A DNA stretch of 64,000 nt from a candidate division WWE3 bacterium (GCA_943354835.1 CALRDH010000001.1:46460-110459), one strand, 5' to 3'; numbered from the stretch's first letter, positions 9,418-20,460 are shown. A program made the numbers and translations. The notes: generated by a model not told the origin, from the sequence alone.

Positions 9418-10767
9418 TCACAAAGCCTCCAATAAATTTTTTACAATTAAATCTCCATGACCGACAGCAAGAACCAAAACCAGATCTCCTTCGTTAGATT
9501 TCTCAACCGCTAATTTTACGGCATCGTCTAGTGAATTACACAAAACGGAACTAACAGTCCCAGACTTTGTTACATTAAAAAAATCTTCGTTCGAAATTGG
9601 ATATGGAAGATTTTCTCTAGATGCATAAATTGGACATTGAATTAAATCAACACCATTAAAAACTCCGCTGAATTCATTTAAAAGTTCCGCACATCTTTTG
9701 TATTGATGAGGTTCATATATAACGATCACATTTTTTCCTGTTGAAATTGCTGCATCAACAGTCACCTTAATTTCAGTTGGATGGTGACCGTAGTCATTTA
9801 CAACTGTAATTCCATTTTTAATTGAGGATTGAAACCGGCGGCCCGTCCCTTTAAATAAGTTTAATTTTAAGATTGCATCATTGATATCAAAACCCATAAT
9901 CATACAAACAACCAGGGCCGCCGTAGCATTGAATGCGTATTGCTTTCCCGGAAACGGAATTTTTGCATTATAAACATTTTCTCCGATATTAATTTTCCAT
10001 GACGACTCAAATCCATTTATCTCAATTCCACTTATCACTACATCATTTGATTTATCTTCTCCATATGTCATGAAATTTCCAGCAAAATTAGTTTTGATTT
10101 TCTCAACTGGAGTCTGATCTCCCCACATTAAAACATGACCACCCGACTTCACATTTGAAACAAATTTACAAAAAGAATTAATGTACGAATCATAATCTTT
10201 GAAATAATCATGATGATCCATTTCCAATGATGTAATAACAGCGATTTTTGGTTCAAGGCCTAAAAATGCATCAGCAAATTCATCAGCCTCAATCACGAAA
10301 TTTTTTGACATTCCATTTCTCCCGTTTGTTTCAAAATTGATTGAAGTTCCACCAATTCCAAATCCGCATTTATCACCTAAAGAATCTAGCAAAAAAGAAG
10401 TTAATGAAGTTGTTGTCGTTTTTCCATGTGTTCCAGAAATCGCAATAACATCTTTATCATTTAATAATATTGGCAAAAATTCATTTCTCTCATAACTTTT
10501 AACTCCAACATTTATGGCTTCATCAAGTTCCTTTTTATTTTCCTCGTTATATTTAATTGCAGAAGTGTATAAAAACGCATCCAAATTGGATTTAATATGA
10601 GAAGGTGAATTTCCTAAATCAAGATCTTTAAGGCCTAATTCAAATAATTCTTTAACTCGTTCATTTTCATCTAAGTTACAACCAGAAACATCCCAACCCT
10701 TTTCAAGCAAAATTTTTGCAATCCACGACCAACCTTCTCCTCCAATTCCTGCAATATGAACTTTCAT
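9418..10767 (-). CDS. murC: UDP-N-acetylmuramate--L-alanine ligase
   Basis: N-terminal HIAGIGGEGWS (the MurC GIGG motif) and Mur ligase P-loop GTHGKTTTTS. Confidence 0.8.
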   Translation of the reverse strand: MKVHIAGIGGEGWSWIAKILLEKGWDVSGCNLDENERVKELFELGLKDLDLGNSPSHIKSNLDAFLYTSAIKYNEENKKELDEAINVGVKSYERNEFLPILLNDKDVIAISGTHGKTTTTSLTSFLLDSLGDKCGFGIGGTSINFETNGRNGMSKNFVIEADEFADAFLGLEPKIAVITSLEMDHHDYFKDYDSYINSFCKFVSNVKSGGHVLMWGDQTPVEKIKTNFAGNFMTYGEDKSNDVVISGIEINGFESSWKINIGENVYNAKIPFPGKQYAFNATAALVVCMIMGFDINDAILKLNLFKGTGRRFQSSIKNGITVVNDYGHHPTEIKVTVDAAISTGKNVIVIYEPHQYKRCAELLNEFSGVFNGVDLIQCPIYASRENLPYPISNEDFFNVTKSGTVSSVLCNSLDDAVKLAVEKSNEGDLVLVLAVGHGDLIVKNLLEAL

Positions 10768-11750
10768 ATAACAACAACCTCTCTTTCTATGTCTATATCA
10801 AATATCGATTTCACTTTATCTTGAATTAATTTCGAAAATTCAAAAACTTCAAGACCTGTTGCACCGCCAAAATTAATTAAGACCAAAGCTTGTTTTTCAT
10901 AAACCCCGCAATTGCCATACCTCTGTCCCTTAAAACCAGCTTTTTCTATAAGCCAACCTGTTGGAATTTTATACTTCTCATTTTCTTCTAGAAAAAACGG
11001 GACATCAGGATAATTTTTTTGTAAGATTTCAAACTTATCTTTTGAAATTATTGCGTTTTTGAAAAAAGAACCTGCAGTACCAAATTTAATAGTATCTGGA
11101 AGTTTTTCGCTTCGAATTTTTATAACGGCATTTCTTACATCAAGTATCGTCGGATTATTATTTTTTATGAGATCAAAATAGTCCTTCAAAGCTTTATACG
11201 ATAAATTAATAATTGGCTTTTTAGATAATTTATACAAAACAGAAACCACGACGTATTGATTCTTTAATTCATTTTTAAAAACGCTATCTCTGTATCCAAA
11301 TTTACATTCATCCAAATTGAAGAATCTAGTTTCACCTGTATTGATATTAATTGCTTCAAGTGATTCAAAAGAACTTTTAATTTCAGATCCATAAGCGCCA
11401 ATATTTTGAATAGGAGTTGCACCAACAAGGCCAGGAATTCCCGACAAATTTTCAAATCCACCATAACCTTTTTCAACACTATACGAAACTAGATCATCCC
11501 AAATTTCACCAGCATATGCCTTTACATAGACATTATTTTCATCTTCTTTTTCTACGTTAATTCCTTTTAATGAAATTTTAATTACAAGTCCATTAAAATC
11601 TTGTGTAAACAAAACATTACTTCCGCCTCCAAGAATAAATTTGTCTACGTTTTGATATAAAGGATTCTTTAAAATATTAATAAGCTCTGAAAGTGTATCT
11701 GCGTCTTCAAAATACAATGAATTGGCCTTTACGCCAAATGTGTTATACAT
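10764..11750 (-). CDS. murB: UDP-N-acetylenolpyruvoylglucosamine reductase
   Basis: FAD-binding GGGSNVLF motif. Size and position between murC and murA. Confidence 0.8.
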   Translation of the reverse strand: MYNTFGVKANSLYFEDADTLSELINILKNPLYQNVDKFILGGGSNVLFTQDFNGLVIKISLKGINVEKEDENNVYVKAYAGEIWDDLVSYSVEKGYGGFENLSGIPGLVGATPIQNIGAYGSEIKSSFESLEAININTGETRFFNLDECKFGYRDSVFKNELKNQYVVVSVLYKLSKKPIINLSYKALKDYFDLIKNNNPTILDVRNAVIKIRSEKLPDTIKFGTAGSFFKNAIISKDKFEILQKNYPDVPFFLEENEKYKIPTGWLIEKAGFKGQRYGNCGVYEKQALVLINFGGATGLEVFEFSKLIQDKVKSIFDIDIEREVVVI

Positions 11751-11759
11751 ACAAAAATT

Positions 11760-13070
11760 TCACAACAAAGTTATATCAGCACCAAGGCTCTTATATGTTT
11801 CGAAAATATCTGGGTATCGTCTTTTTAAAATATCAACACCGTGAATTGTTGTTTCGACGGGATCACAAAGGCTTGCCAAAAAGATTGCCTTACAAGCCTG
11901 AATTACACCAGGTGAAACAAGTTCTCCACCTTTAAAATTTATTGGCCCACGAATTATAACTCTTTGAGGATCTAAAACTAAAATATCAGCGCCTAACGCA
12001 TTAAGCTCACGTGCAAAATCAAGTCCTGTTTCATACATCCAATTTGAAAGCAGAAGTTGACCACGAACTTTACACGCCAAAGTTGCCATAACTGGAATTA
12101 CATCAACCGGAAAACCTGGCCACGGTCTTGGATAAAGCTTAGGCAAATTATTTCCAGCAAGTGGAAAACCTGATGCTTCAACATCAATTTTTAACTCTCC
12201 ATTATTCTTTACAATCAAATCTTCACCACTTTGAGTAATACTAATATTAAATTTCTCAAACCACTGAATAATTCCACCTATAAAATCAGGTTTATTTGCA
12301 CCTTTTATTGTGATTTCTCCATTTGTTATAGCTGTTGCCACAATATATCCTGCTATATCGACAAAATCAGGCTCCGGTGTAAAACTTGCGCCTTTTAATT
12401 TTCTACTGCCATCAATAATCAGTTTGTTAGAACCAATGCCAGAAACATCTGCGCCCATATCAGAAAGAAGTCTTAACAATTGTGAAACATGAGGTTCGCA
12501 AGCGGCATCGACAATTTCATATTTATTTTCCATACCACTTGCATACATTGCAAGATTTTCCGTAGCTGTAACACTTGCTTCTGTTTGCCAAATAAAATAA
12601 TCTTTTTTGTCATTTTTTGGAGCAGTGAATCTTACAAAACCATCACAGTATTCAATCTTTACCCCAGCTTTTTGAAAAGCATCAACGTGAGCAGAAATCG
12701 ATCTTGCGCCAAGTACGCATCCACCAGGAACAGGAATTTCAGCTAAACCAAAGCGTGAAAGGAGCGGTCCTGCGAACATAATTGAGGCTCTAATTTTCTC
12801 ACCCAAAACTTTATCGACTTTGTAAGTATTTATTTTTGAACAGTTTATTTTCAGGTTATCGTAATTGCTATCATCAACGCTTGCTCCTAAAAGCTTCATC
12901 ATTTCTAAAAGCTTTTCTACATCGGTTGATTTTGGAACATTGTGATAGATAACGGTTTCATCTGTCAAAATTGCTGCGGGAATTGCTGCAACAATAGCAT
13001 TTTTATTTGGTATTAGATTTACGGAACCCTTTAGAGGTTTGCCACCTCGGATTTTTACAGTGCCATTCAT
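11760..13070 (-). CDS. murA: UDP-N-acetylglucosamine 1-carboxyvinyltransferase
   Basis: N-terminus MNGTVKIRGGKPLKGSV is typical of MurA. Length 436 aa. Confidence 0.85.
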   Translation of the reverse strand: MNGTVKIRGGKPLKGSVNLIPNKNAIVAAIPAAILTDETVIYHNVPKSTDVEKLLEMMKLLGASVDDSNYDNLKINCSKINTYKVDKVLGEKIRASIMFAGPLLSRFGLAEIPVPGGCVLGARSISAHVDAFQKAGVKIEYCDGFVRFTAPKNDKKDYFIWQTEASVTATENLAMYASGMENKYEIVDAACEPHVSQLLRLLSDMGADVSGIGSNKLIIDGSRKLKGASFTPEPDFVDIAGYIVATAITNGEITIKGANKPDFIGGIIQWFEKFNISITQSGEDLIVKNNGELKIDVEASGFPLAGNNLPKLYPRPWPGFPVDVIPVMATLACKVRGQLLLSNWMYETGLDFARELNALGADILVLDPQRVIIRGPINFKGGELVSPGVIQACKAIFLASLCDPVETTIHGVDILKRRYPDIFETYKSLGADITLL

Positions 13071-13113
13071 ATTGAATCAAAACTAGCACAACAAGGGCAG
13101 TTTAACAATCCAA

Positions 13114-13998
13114 TCAAAAAGTTTTTTTGTTTCGCAAAAAAACGAGCAACAACGGAACAGCTACAAATGTTGATGAATATGTTCCAGTAACAGTTCCAAC
13201 TAATAGTGCGACTGAAAACCATTTTATAGATGCACCGCCTAATAACGAAAGTGCAGTAAGCATAAAAATGATTGTCATTGAATTATTAATTGACCTAGAA
13301 AGTGTTTGTGTAACTGCCTTATTTACTACATCAACGGGTTTTGCATTTGGACTTTGTTTTAAAGATTCGCGAATTCGATCAAAAACAACTATAGTGTCGT
13401 GAACGCTAAAACTTAATGTTGTTAAAACTGCTGTTACAAATAAAGTATCGATTTCAACATTAAATATTTTTCCAAATATTGAAAATGAACCTATCAAAAT
13501 TATAGTGTCATGAAGCATAGCCAAAATTGCAGACAAACCATAAATTCTACTTTTAAATTGATAAGCAACGTAAAGGAGTATCAATACTGCGGCGATTGAA
13601 ATCGCAGACAGAGTTTTTATCATAAGTTCTTTTCCGAGTGTTGGACCTACAGTTTCGAATCTAGCTTCTTTAACATTTTTATATTCATCATTTAACTTAG
13701 TAATAATCTCTGTTTTTTTAGATTCATCTATATTATTTAATTTTATTATGTAATTTTTTGTATCTTTTACTGATTGAATTGAGCTTACATTTACATCATT
13801 AACCTGAAGAACAAGTTCTTCCATCTTATCAGTTGCAACAGAAACTTCTGTATTTTCAATTGTAACTTCAAGTAAAGCTCCACCTGTAAAATCAATTGAT
13901 GGTTTTAATCCCCAAAAGATCAAAGATAAAATGGATGCTAACAAAAATGTCCCTGATATTAGAAAATATAAATTTCGAAACTTCATGAAGTTAATCAT
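13114..13998 (-). CDS. secF: protein translocase subunit SecF
   Basis: Six-transmembrane protein immediately downstream of secD. SecD/SecF family architecture, ~294 aa. Confidence 0.7.
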   Translation of the reverse strand: MINFMKFRNLYFLISGTFLLASILSLIFWGLKPSIDFTGGALLEVTIENTEVSVATDKMEELVLQVNDVNVSSIQSVKDTKNYIIKLNNIDESKKTEIITKLNDEYKNVKEARFETVGPTLGKELMIKTLSAISIAAVLILLYVAYQFKSRIYGLSAILAMLHDTIILIGSFSIFGKIFNVEIDTLFVTAVLTTLSFSVHDTIVVFDRIRESLKQSPNAKPVDVVNKAVTQTLSRSINNSMTIIFMLTALSLLGGASIKWFSVALLVGTVTGTYSSTFVAVPLLLVFLRNKKTF

Positions 13999-15401
13999 CT
14001 CTTAATCCTCAAGCTACGCTTATAAAAAACTCTTACGAGGTTTCTCGTAATTATTACTCCTGTAAATAAACTTATAAATATTCCAAGTGCCAAGGTTAAA
14101 GCAAATCCTCTGACAGGCCCAGAAGTTGGCAGAAAGCCCCATTCAAATGGATTAAACAATATGAATGCTGTAATAATAGTTGCAAGATTAGCGTCGCGGA
14201 TTGAATCCCATGATCTTCCAAATCCATTTTCTAAAGCAATACTTAATGGTTTATCGAGTCGTAGTTCTTCTTTTATTCTTTCAAAAATCAAAATGTTTGC
14301 ATCAACAGCCATACCAATTGATAAAATAAAGCCGGCAAGACCCGGAAGCGTTAATACAACAGGTACAAATTTATAAATGGCTAGAGTAACAAGCCCGTAT
14401 ATTACAAGCGCAACGCTTGCCATAACGCCAAGTCTTCCATAATAGAAAATCATAAAAGCTACAACAAGCGAAAGACCAACAAGTCCTGCAAATAGACTTT
14501 TGTTAACAGACTCTTGGCCTAAAGTTGGACCAACAGTTCTTTGTTCCAAAACTTTTACAGGAACAGGTAAAGCCCCTGCATTTAATTGTGTAACAAGTAT
14601 TTTTGCATTTTCAACCGAAAATTGTCCTGAAATAATAGCTTTCCCATCTAGTATTGCGCTTTGAACTACAGGCGCTATAACGATTTGATTATCTAAATAA
14701 ATCGCGACTCTTTTTCCAATATTTTTCTCTGTTATGTCTCTGAATTTCTTAGCACCTTCAGAATTAAATTGAAGCTGAATTTTGGGCTCGCCTGTACTAA
14801 CTGTTTGATTTTGATCAAAAACTACAGTCGCTTTTTGCAAATTCGCACCGCTTAAATCAGCATGGATAAAGTTTGGAATTGCATTTGGTTCAGTCGGTGG
14901 GTTATCAGTATCTTCAACTCTAAAATCTAGCTGTGCGACCTGACCAATTGTTGTAAGTGCTTGGTTCGTATCAAAAACGCCAGCTAATTCAACGATTATT
15001 CTGTATTTTCCAGAAACGCTAGAAGTTTGAACAGAAGCTTCTGAAATACCAAGCAAGTTAACTCTTCTTTCGATTACGTCTTTTAAAGAATTAAGAGCAT
15101 CAGCTCTATCGGCTTCGGAAACATTTGACATGTCAGCATCCATAAGAACGCTTACGCCTCCTGCAATATCAAGACCTTTTCGAATTGACAAATCTCTTTG
15201 AATTTTTCCGTTTAATGCATATAAATCATATCCGCCAATTATTCTGTCGTATTTAATTTCATATCCACCTAAAAGCTGTGGAAGTTTATAATTTATTTTT
15301 AAAGGAATTAATGGCAGATCAATCATTACAACAAAAGCCACAAGAACCATAACCATAATTAAAACATTCCGTGGGTTTTGATTTTGAAAAGGTTTCTTCA
15401 T
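13995..15401 (-). CDS. secD: protein translocase subunit SecD
   Basis: N-terminal transmembrane helix, a large periplasmic domain, then a C-terminal six-helix bundle (GMAVDANILIFERI). Overlaps secF by 4 bp. Confidence 0.8.
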   Translation of the reverse strand: MKKPFQNQNPRNVLIMVMVLVAFVVMIDLPLIPLKINYKLPQLLGGYEIKYDRIIGGYDLYALNGKIQRDLSIRKGLDIAGGVSVLMDADMSNVSEADRADALNSLKDVIERRVNLLGISEASVQTSSVSGKYRIIVELAGVFDTNQALTTIGQVAQLDFRVEDTDNPPTEPNAIPNFIHADLSGANLQKATVVFDQNQTVSTGEPKIQLQFNSEGAKKFRDITEKNIGKRVAIYLDNQIVIAPVVQSAILDGKAIISGQFSVENAKILVTQLNAGALPVPVKVLEQRTVGPTLGQESVNKSLFAGLVGLSLVVAFMIFYYGRLGVMASVALVIYGLVTLAIYKFVPVVLTLPGLAGFILSIGMAVDANILIFERIKEELRLDKPLSIALENGFGRSWDSIRDANLATIITAFILFNPFEWGFLPTSGPVRGFALTLALGIFISLFTGVIITRNLVRVFYKRSLRIKR

Positions 15402-15410
15402 TTTAGAATT

Positions 15411-15992
15411 TTATGTAAACGATATTTTCGTTATATCTCCGAGCAGAAAGATATTAGGTGAAACTAAAAACGAAAGCAAAAATGCATCTCTTCGATTTTT
15501 CAAATATTCAAATTCTGACTCACTTAAAACAGTATAGTTTATTTCCCTTTTTGAAAGGGCCGAAACTTCCTTAACAATCTCCGAAAGCTTTGGCAAGTTT
15601 ATATCTCCAACAACCAAAAGATCTAATTCATTCTTTTGGGATTCTCTTCCTTCTGCATATTCAGATGACAAAAGTGCGAGTTTTACTTTCCCTAAATCAG
15701 AAGCGTTTTCAACAATACTTTTTCCAATTCCGACTTCTTTGGAAACCATACCAGTCAACTCATAATAAAATGGATGATCTTTTCTTAGCAAATAGTATAG
15801 CCTATTTCCACGTTTTTCTTTCCTTATTATCCCTGCTTTGTTTAAACGTTTTAGTTCTCTTCTAACAGCATTAATTTCAGTTCCAACTCTTCGAGTTAGT
15901 TCTCTTACGTATAAATGTTTTCTTGTTTCAGAAAAAAGCTCTATTAGAAGCTTAATTCTAACTTCAGATGTAATGATGTCAGATAGATACAT
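15411..15992 (-). CDS. winged-helix DNA-binding protein (putative transcriptional regulator)
   Basis: RELTRRVGTEINAVRRELKRLNKAGIIRKEKRGNRLYY resembles an ArsR/PadR-like winged HTH. The C-terminal half could not be assigned. Confidence 0.35.
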   Translation of the reverse strand: MYLSDIITSEVRIKLLIELFSETRKHLYVRELTRRVGTEINAVRRELKRLNKAGIIRKEKRGNRLYYLLRKDHPFYYELTGMVSKEVGIGKSIVENASDLGKVKLALLSSEYAEGRESQKNELDLLVVGDINLPKLSEIVKEVSALSKREINYTVLSESEFEYLKNRRDAFLLSFLVSPNIFLLGDITKISFT

Positions 15993-15993
15993 T

Positions 15994-17364
15994 TTATTGT
16001 GACATTATGGTTGCCGCTTTTTCATACGTAATAACGTTATCCGTAGGAACTAGCTGTACCCAAATTTGCCCTCTTACAAATTCGAACTCTTTGGAACTAA
16101 GATCAGTATACACATCCATGGTGTCAGGATTTGATCTAGCCCAATTTGCATTTATGACATTTCCATCCTGAAAAATCAAGGCTTTTCCGGCACCCGCGAT
16201 ATCATGATACAAATGGCTCTTCTTATCACCGACTAATTCTTGTTTAGTAAATCTTATAATCACAACCTTAGCGCGAAGCTCTTCACCAGAAAGACCATCT
16301 ATTTGCTTGACGTCTCCTTGATATCTTATATATTCGTTTTTATCACTGTCATAAACCCATTTAACATTAAAACCAGCCATTGTGTCCCAATAATTGAAAG
16401 TAATTGGCGTTTCCTTTCCGACGGTTCCACGATCCTTTAAAGATGCTTCATCTTTAAATTTCCAAGGAGTAAACGGCGTAAATGTATTCCAGCTATCTTG
16501 AGGCCTTATCTTTTTCGCCAATTCATAAATTAATGGAAGTCTAGTGAATGCGGTGTGTTCTAGTGGAATTTTTCCAACTTTATTTGGATCGCGTCCAAAA
16601 GCACAACTTTCGCTGTCACATGAATAATTTCCGCCATCTAGATTTGGAACTCCAAGCTTCACAATCATGTCGTATGCATCAACTGCAGGCTCAGTTTCGA
16701 CAACGCCATTTACTGGCGGACAATATGAGCTCGAAGTTACTGGAGCTTTTTGGCAATCAGGAACATGAGCAGCTCCCCAATGGGCATAGATCGGGCTATA
16801 TGCTGATGCTAACTGGACAAAATAATATCTTGCCGATCTTACAGAACTTACAACACTTGGAATTCTTGAATAAAAAATCGGCATTAACCTTGTTATTCCG
16901 CCTTCAGCAACAGCTTCATAAACAATATCTGCCTTTGATAAACCAGAGCTTGGCCTTGCAACAACATAATTATTTACCATTACAGCAATAGGTTTATTAT
17001 TTTGGAATTTCTTTGCCTCTTCTTTTGAAAAAATCATACCGTTTATAGGATTTTCAAAAGTCTCTCCCTTTGAAACAATTCCGCCAGAATCTGGGCCATT
17101 TGAACCATTCTTATCAGGAAGAGGATTTATAATACTTCCACCTGAAAATACAAAAGCATAAATCAAAGCTGAAATTAAAACTACAGAAACTATCGATAAA
17201 ATAGCAACGATTTTCTTCTCTTTTCCAGATGCATTTGAACTTCCATTTGAAATAACTCTTATAACGTCTTTCTTTTTCGAAGGACTTTGCACAAGACTAC
17301 TCACGGAATCTAGCTCTTTTTTGGGCTGGTTGTTTGTAATATTTTCATCATTCATTGAGTACAT
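15994..17364 (-). CDS. membrane-anchored exported hypothetical protein
   Basis: Single N-terminal transmembrane/signal-anchor (KKIVAILSIVSVVLISALIYAFVF) followed by a large soluble domain. No catalytic motif recognised. Confidence 0.4.
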   Translation of the reverse strand: MYSMNDENITNNQPKKELDSVSSLVQSPSKKKDVIRVISNGSSNASGKEKKIVAILSIVSVVLISALIYAFVFSGGSIINPLPDKNGSNGPDSGGIVSKGETFENPINGMIFSKEEAKKFQNNKPIAVMVNNYVVARPSSGLSKADIVYEAVAEGGITRLMPIFYSRIPSVVSSVRSARYYFVQLASAYSPIYAHWGAAHVPDCQKAPVTSSSYCPPVNGVVETEPAVDAYDMIVKLGVPNLDGGNYSCDSESCAFGRDPNKVGKIPLEHTAFTRLPLIYELAKKIRPQDSWNTFTPFTPWKFKDEASLKDRGTVGKETPITFNYWDTMAGFNVKWVYDSDKNEYIRYQGDVKQIDGLSGEELRAKVVIIRFTKQELVGDKKSHLYHDIAGAGKALIFQDGNVINANWARSNPDTMDVYTDLSSKEFEFVRGQIWVQLVPTDNVITYEKAATIMSQ

Positions 17365-17406
17365 TTTAGCGTCACTTGGGAGCTCAAGTCAAAGATGAAA
17401 TAAGAA

Positions 17407-18417
17407 TTAAAAGAAAAAATCTGTATTAACTGCGTTTTGGATTTCATCTATTACTTCACCAGTCGATTCGTTCAACAAAATTGAATAAGTTTCCTTGACG
17501 CCAAGATCATACCCTGGAATAAACATCCCACCACCTATACCCCACTTTGATTCAGGATTTTGAGGTTCTCCAGTATAATATTCGAGTAAAACTAAGTCGT
17601 TAAGGAGATCTTCCGACCAAAATAATTTGTAGCCTGGTTTGCTATAGCTTGATTTCTCGAAATATTCAAAATTATATGCTCCGGGAAAATCCTCAATAAT
17701 TGCACCTCCGCTTCCAAGAACCGCAACATAATAATTACAAAAATCAATATATTTTTGTTTATGACCTTCACAAGAAGCCTCTACCTTAAATGTATCAACA
17801 AGATTACCAACCAAAATCTCCTGCGCGGTATTTACATCGTAAATATATACTTTTCCATCATTCGATGGATCAGTACTGATAATACCATTTCCAAAGAGCA
17901 CCATTCCTAATTGGAGTGAATCTGTAGACCACACCAACCTACTAGAAAAATGATTAAATCCTAACGTAAACATTTTTTCCGTTTTGCCATCAACATCTGA
18001 AATGTACAGTGGGTATCTCGGAAATCCCCCTGTCACATAACCTATTCCAGAGTACGTTACATATTTACCATTTGGAGAAAATTTAGGATCCTCAACTTTT
18101 CCCGATTTCGAAATCTTTTTTTCACTGTTGGTTGAATAGTCTTTTACCCAAATTTCACCATTTCGCATAAAAGCAGATAGTTTAGGTGAATAAGCTTTCT
18201 TCTCTGACGAAACAGAAACTGTCGGGACAACTTCAGAATTCGCAACCTCAGATATTTTTTTTACTGTATTTTTAACTCCTAGTAAATATCCAATTAAGCC
18301 TGCTATCAAAACAACAAAAACAATAAAGCAAAATACTAATAACTTGTTAATTAAACGTTTAAAGTCTCCTTGAGTAAACGAAGACTTATTAGCACTATTC
18401 TCTATTTTTTCATTCAT
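17407..18417 (-). CDS. membrane-anchored beta-propeller (TolB-like) protein
   Basis: N-terminal transmembrane helix, then repeated xFSPNGKYVTYSG-like blades typical of TolB/WD40-like periplasmic propellers. Confidence 0.4.
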   Translation of the reverse strand: MNEKIENSANKSSFTQGDFKRLINKLLVFCFIVFVVLIAGLIGYLLGVKNTVKKISEVANSEVVPTVSVSSEKKAYSPKLSAFMRNGEIWVKDYSTNSEKKISKSGKVEDPKFSPNGKYVTYSGIGYVTGGFPRYPLYISDVDGKTEKMFTLGFNHFSSRLVWSTDSLQLGMVLFGNGIISTDPSNDGKVYIYDVNTAQEILVGNLVDTFKVEASCEGHKQKYIDFCNYYVAVLGSGGAIIEDFPGAYNFEYFEKSSYSKPGYKLFWSEDLLNDLVLLEYYTGEPQNPESKWGIGGGMFIPGYDLGVKETYSILLNESTGEVIDEIQNAVNTDFFF

Positions 18418-18898
18418 AAAGTCATGATAACATACCCGAATTATATTGATTTACAAGAAAATAATAGGTTCTTATTAATTTGATAACCTGTTGAACTTAC
18501 AATTATAAGTCGAATTGGCATGTTCTTTTTTATCATCGCCTACTGAAGGCCCACTGGGATCACACGCGAGACCCACTGGAGTGGGTAACGAGTGTGCGGT
18601 CAAAAAAAGACAATGGGAATCCTAAGGATTAATAACCGTTTTCTTGTGAGATTTTAGTTTAAAAAGGGACGTTTTTGCCCCAGAACCAACCAAAACCATC
18701 TTCCCGACGTCAGGAAAATGGCCTATATATCATTTTTCGATGTTTTACATACCATTTTAGCTTTCAATATTACGTTACTTTTATTAAAATAATTTCACCA
18801 AGGAGTCTTATACACTCGACACCTCTATTAATAAAAAATCTATATTGAGCATCTTGAAGCCGTGAAATGGCGTCTTCCAATACAGAAAATATTTTAAC

Positions 18899-19678
18899 TT
18901 AGGCATCACGATTTTCTATTAACTCTAGAGGAAACTCCCCTCTCTGCATTATTCTAAGGCGATCTATAAACTGACTGAAATTCCGTTTATTAAGATTTCC
19001 AAGTTCTGACATTCCAGCAACTCCGGGAACATACTCAATATATTGACAATCAACAGGAACAATCCTAGCCGAACCGGAAGGCTCAACTACGATAAACCAA
19101 CTATCCGGAAATTGAAAGTGTATCCCTTGCTTATTAGCTAATTCTATCTGATTCTCTAAATAAAACTGTTCTATTGCGTCCAAGTCTATGGACCTAAATA
19201 GCTCTAGTCCAACAGGATTGCTTGATATCATTCCACGATACGAAGGCATATTTACATCGTTAAGGGATATAACCGTATTTGCACCATTATTTGTTAGGTC
19301 ATCCATCAACAGACCGTCGTCAACAATCCAAAAATTATCGAGGACATCAAGTCCTGCCTCACGCATAGTGCGACAAATTTCAACAAATTTGGATTTGCCC
19401 TCTTGGGAGATGAGCACCTTATGTACCATCAGTAACCTTCGCCCAGTCTCTTTTACTGTCACATTAGAAAGAAAGGCTTCTCCTTCATACCCCCTTCCCA
19501 AAAGTTTAATATGTTCAATGCTGACAGGAACCTCGGCATTATCACCACGCACAATTGCATCTTTATTTTCCGAACCGTACGCCACTTGTTCCTCATTAGA
19601 AAACGAGCTGTCTTCATTATTTACTTTGTCACCTAATATTGATGTAATACTACTTTGATTTTGGTCCACTCTATACAA
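18899..19678 (-). CDS. hypothetical protein with a Gly-rich-loop-like motif
   Basis: 259 aa. LLGRGYEGEAF...VHKV weakly resembles a kinase-like nucleotide-binding loop. Not confidently assigned. Confidence 0.3.
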   Translation of the reverse strand: MYRVDQNQSSITSILGDKVNNEDSSFSNEEQVAYGSENKDAIVRGDNAEVPVSIEHIKLLGRGYEGEAFLSNVTVKETGRRLLMVHKVLISQEGKSKFVEICRTMREAGLDVLDNFWIVDDGLLMDDLTNNGANTVISLNDVNMPSYRGMISSNPVGLELFRSIDLDAIEQFYLENQIELANKQGIHFQFPDSWFIVVEPSGSARIVPVDCQYIEYVPGVAGMSELGNLNKRNFSQFIDRLRIMQRGEFPLELIENRDA

Positions 19679-19782
19679 GATTATAGCTTATGAAAATTGT
19701 TTTAACTAATACAATACTCATTCAACACGTGTTTAAATAAATGGTTTACAAAAGTTAAATGGTTTGCTAATGTTAAACCATT

Positions 19783-20022
19783 ATGAAGTCGCAAATGTCA
19801 AAGCAATACCAAACAACCATTCCCTCGAAGATAAGAAAACAACTGGGCGTAAAACCTGGCAATAGGCTAGCATGGGGAGTTGTTAAAGATGCACTCGGTG
19901 TGGAATATGCAACACTAACTCCTGAAACAAATAATACACTTAAATCACTTAAGGGAATATCTGAAAAAATGTATAAAAGCAGCAAGGGCTACTTGGGTAA
20001 CGAACGAAATTCGTGGAATTAG
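19783..20022 (+). CDS. vapB: AbrB/SpoVT-type antitoxin (VapB-like)
   Basis: 79 aa. TTIPSKIRKQLGVKPGNRLAW swapped-hairpin motif. Overlaps the downstream PIN gene by 10 bp. Confidence 0.55.
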   Translation: MKSQMSKQYQTTIPSKIRKQLGVKPGNRLAWGVVKDALGVEYATLTPETNNTLKSLKGISEKMYKSSKGYLGNERNSWN

Positions 20023-20432
20023 TCGAAAATTCAAAAATCTATATAGATACAAACTTGTTTATATACTTCTTTGAAAATAATCCCGAATACGCCAATAAGG
20101 CAGAAACTATCTTCGAAGAATCAATAAATAAAAACGTGCAACTTATAAGTAGCGAATTGATATACTTAGAATTGTTGGTTTTGCCAAATAAGAAAAAGAA
20201 TAACAATATACTAAATTTATATAAAAATATAGAGGATTACATTCCAAATTTAAAACTGGTTCCTATTTCAAAAGAAATATTGATTTGTGCTTCAGAAATA
20301 AGGGCTGAGTATAACTACAGATCCCCAGATTCGATACATCTAGCAACTGCAAAAATTATAAAGTGTAAATACTTTTATCGAGCCGACAAAAATTTAAAAT
20401 CATTTAAAGACATAAAAATTGTATTAATCTAA
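20013..20432 (+). CDS. vapC: PIN-domain toxin (VapC-like)
   Basis: IYIDTNLFIYFF N-terminal PIN motif, 139 aa. Confidence 0.65.
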   Translation: MELVENSKIYIDTNLFIYFFENNPEYANKAETIFEESINKNVQLISSELIYLELLVLPNKKKNNNILNLYKNIEDYIPNLKLVPISKEILICASEIRAEYNYRSPDSIHLATAKIIKCKYFYRADKNLKSFKDIKIVLI

Positions 20433-20460
20433 TTTATACACATGTTATTATTATTCCAAC

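Noticed and set aside
18430-18900. A tRNA or other canonical RNA gene in the GC-rich intergenic patch; the same was asked of 37320-38078 and 39410-39830
   Set aside because: I could not find a T-loop (GTTCGAATC-like) or cloverleaf arm arrangement by eye. Without a covariance-model search only an unclassified structured element can be suggested.
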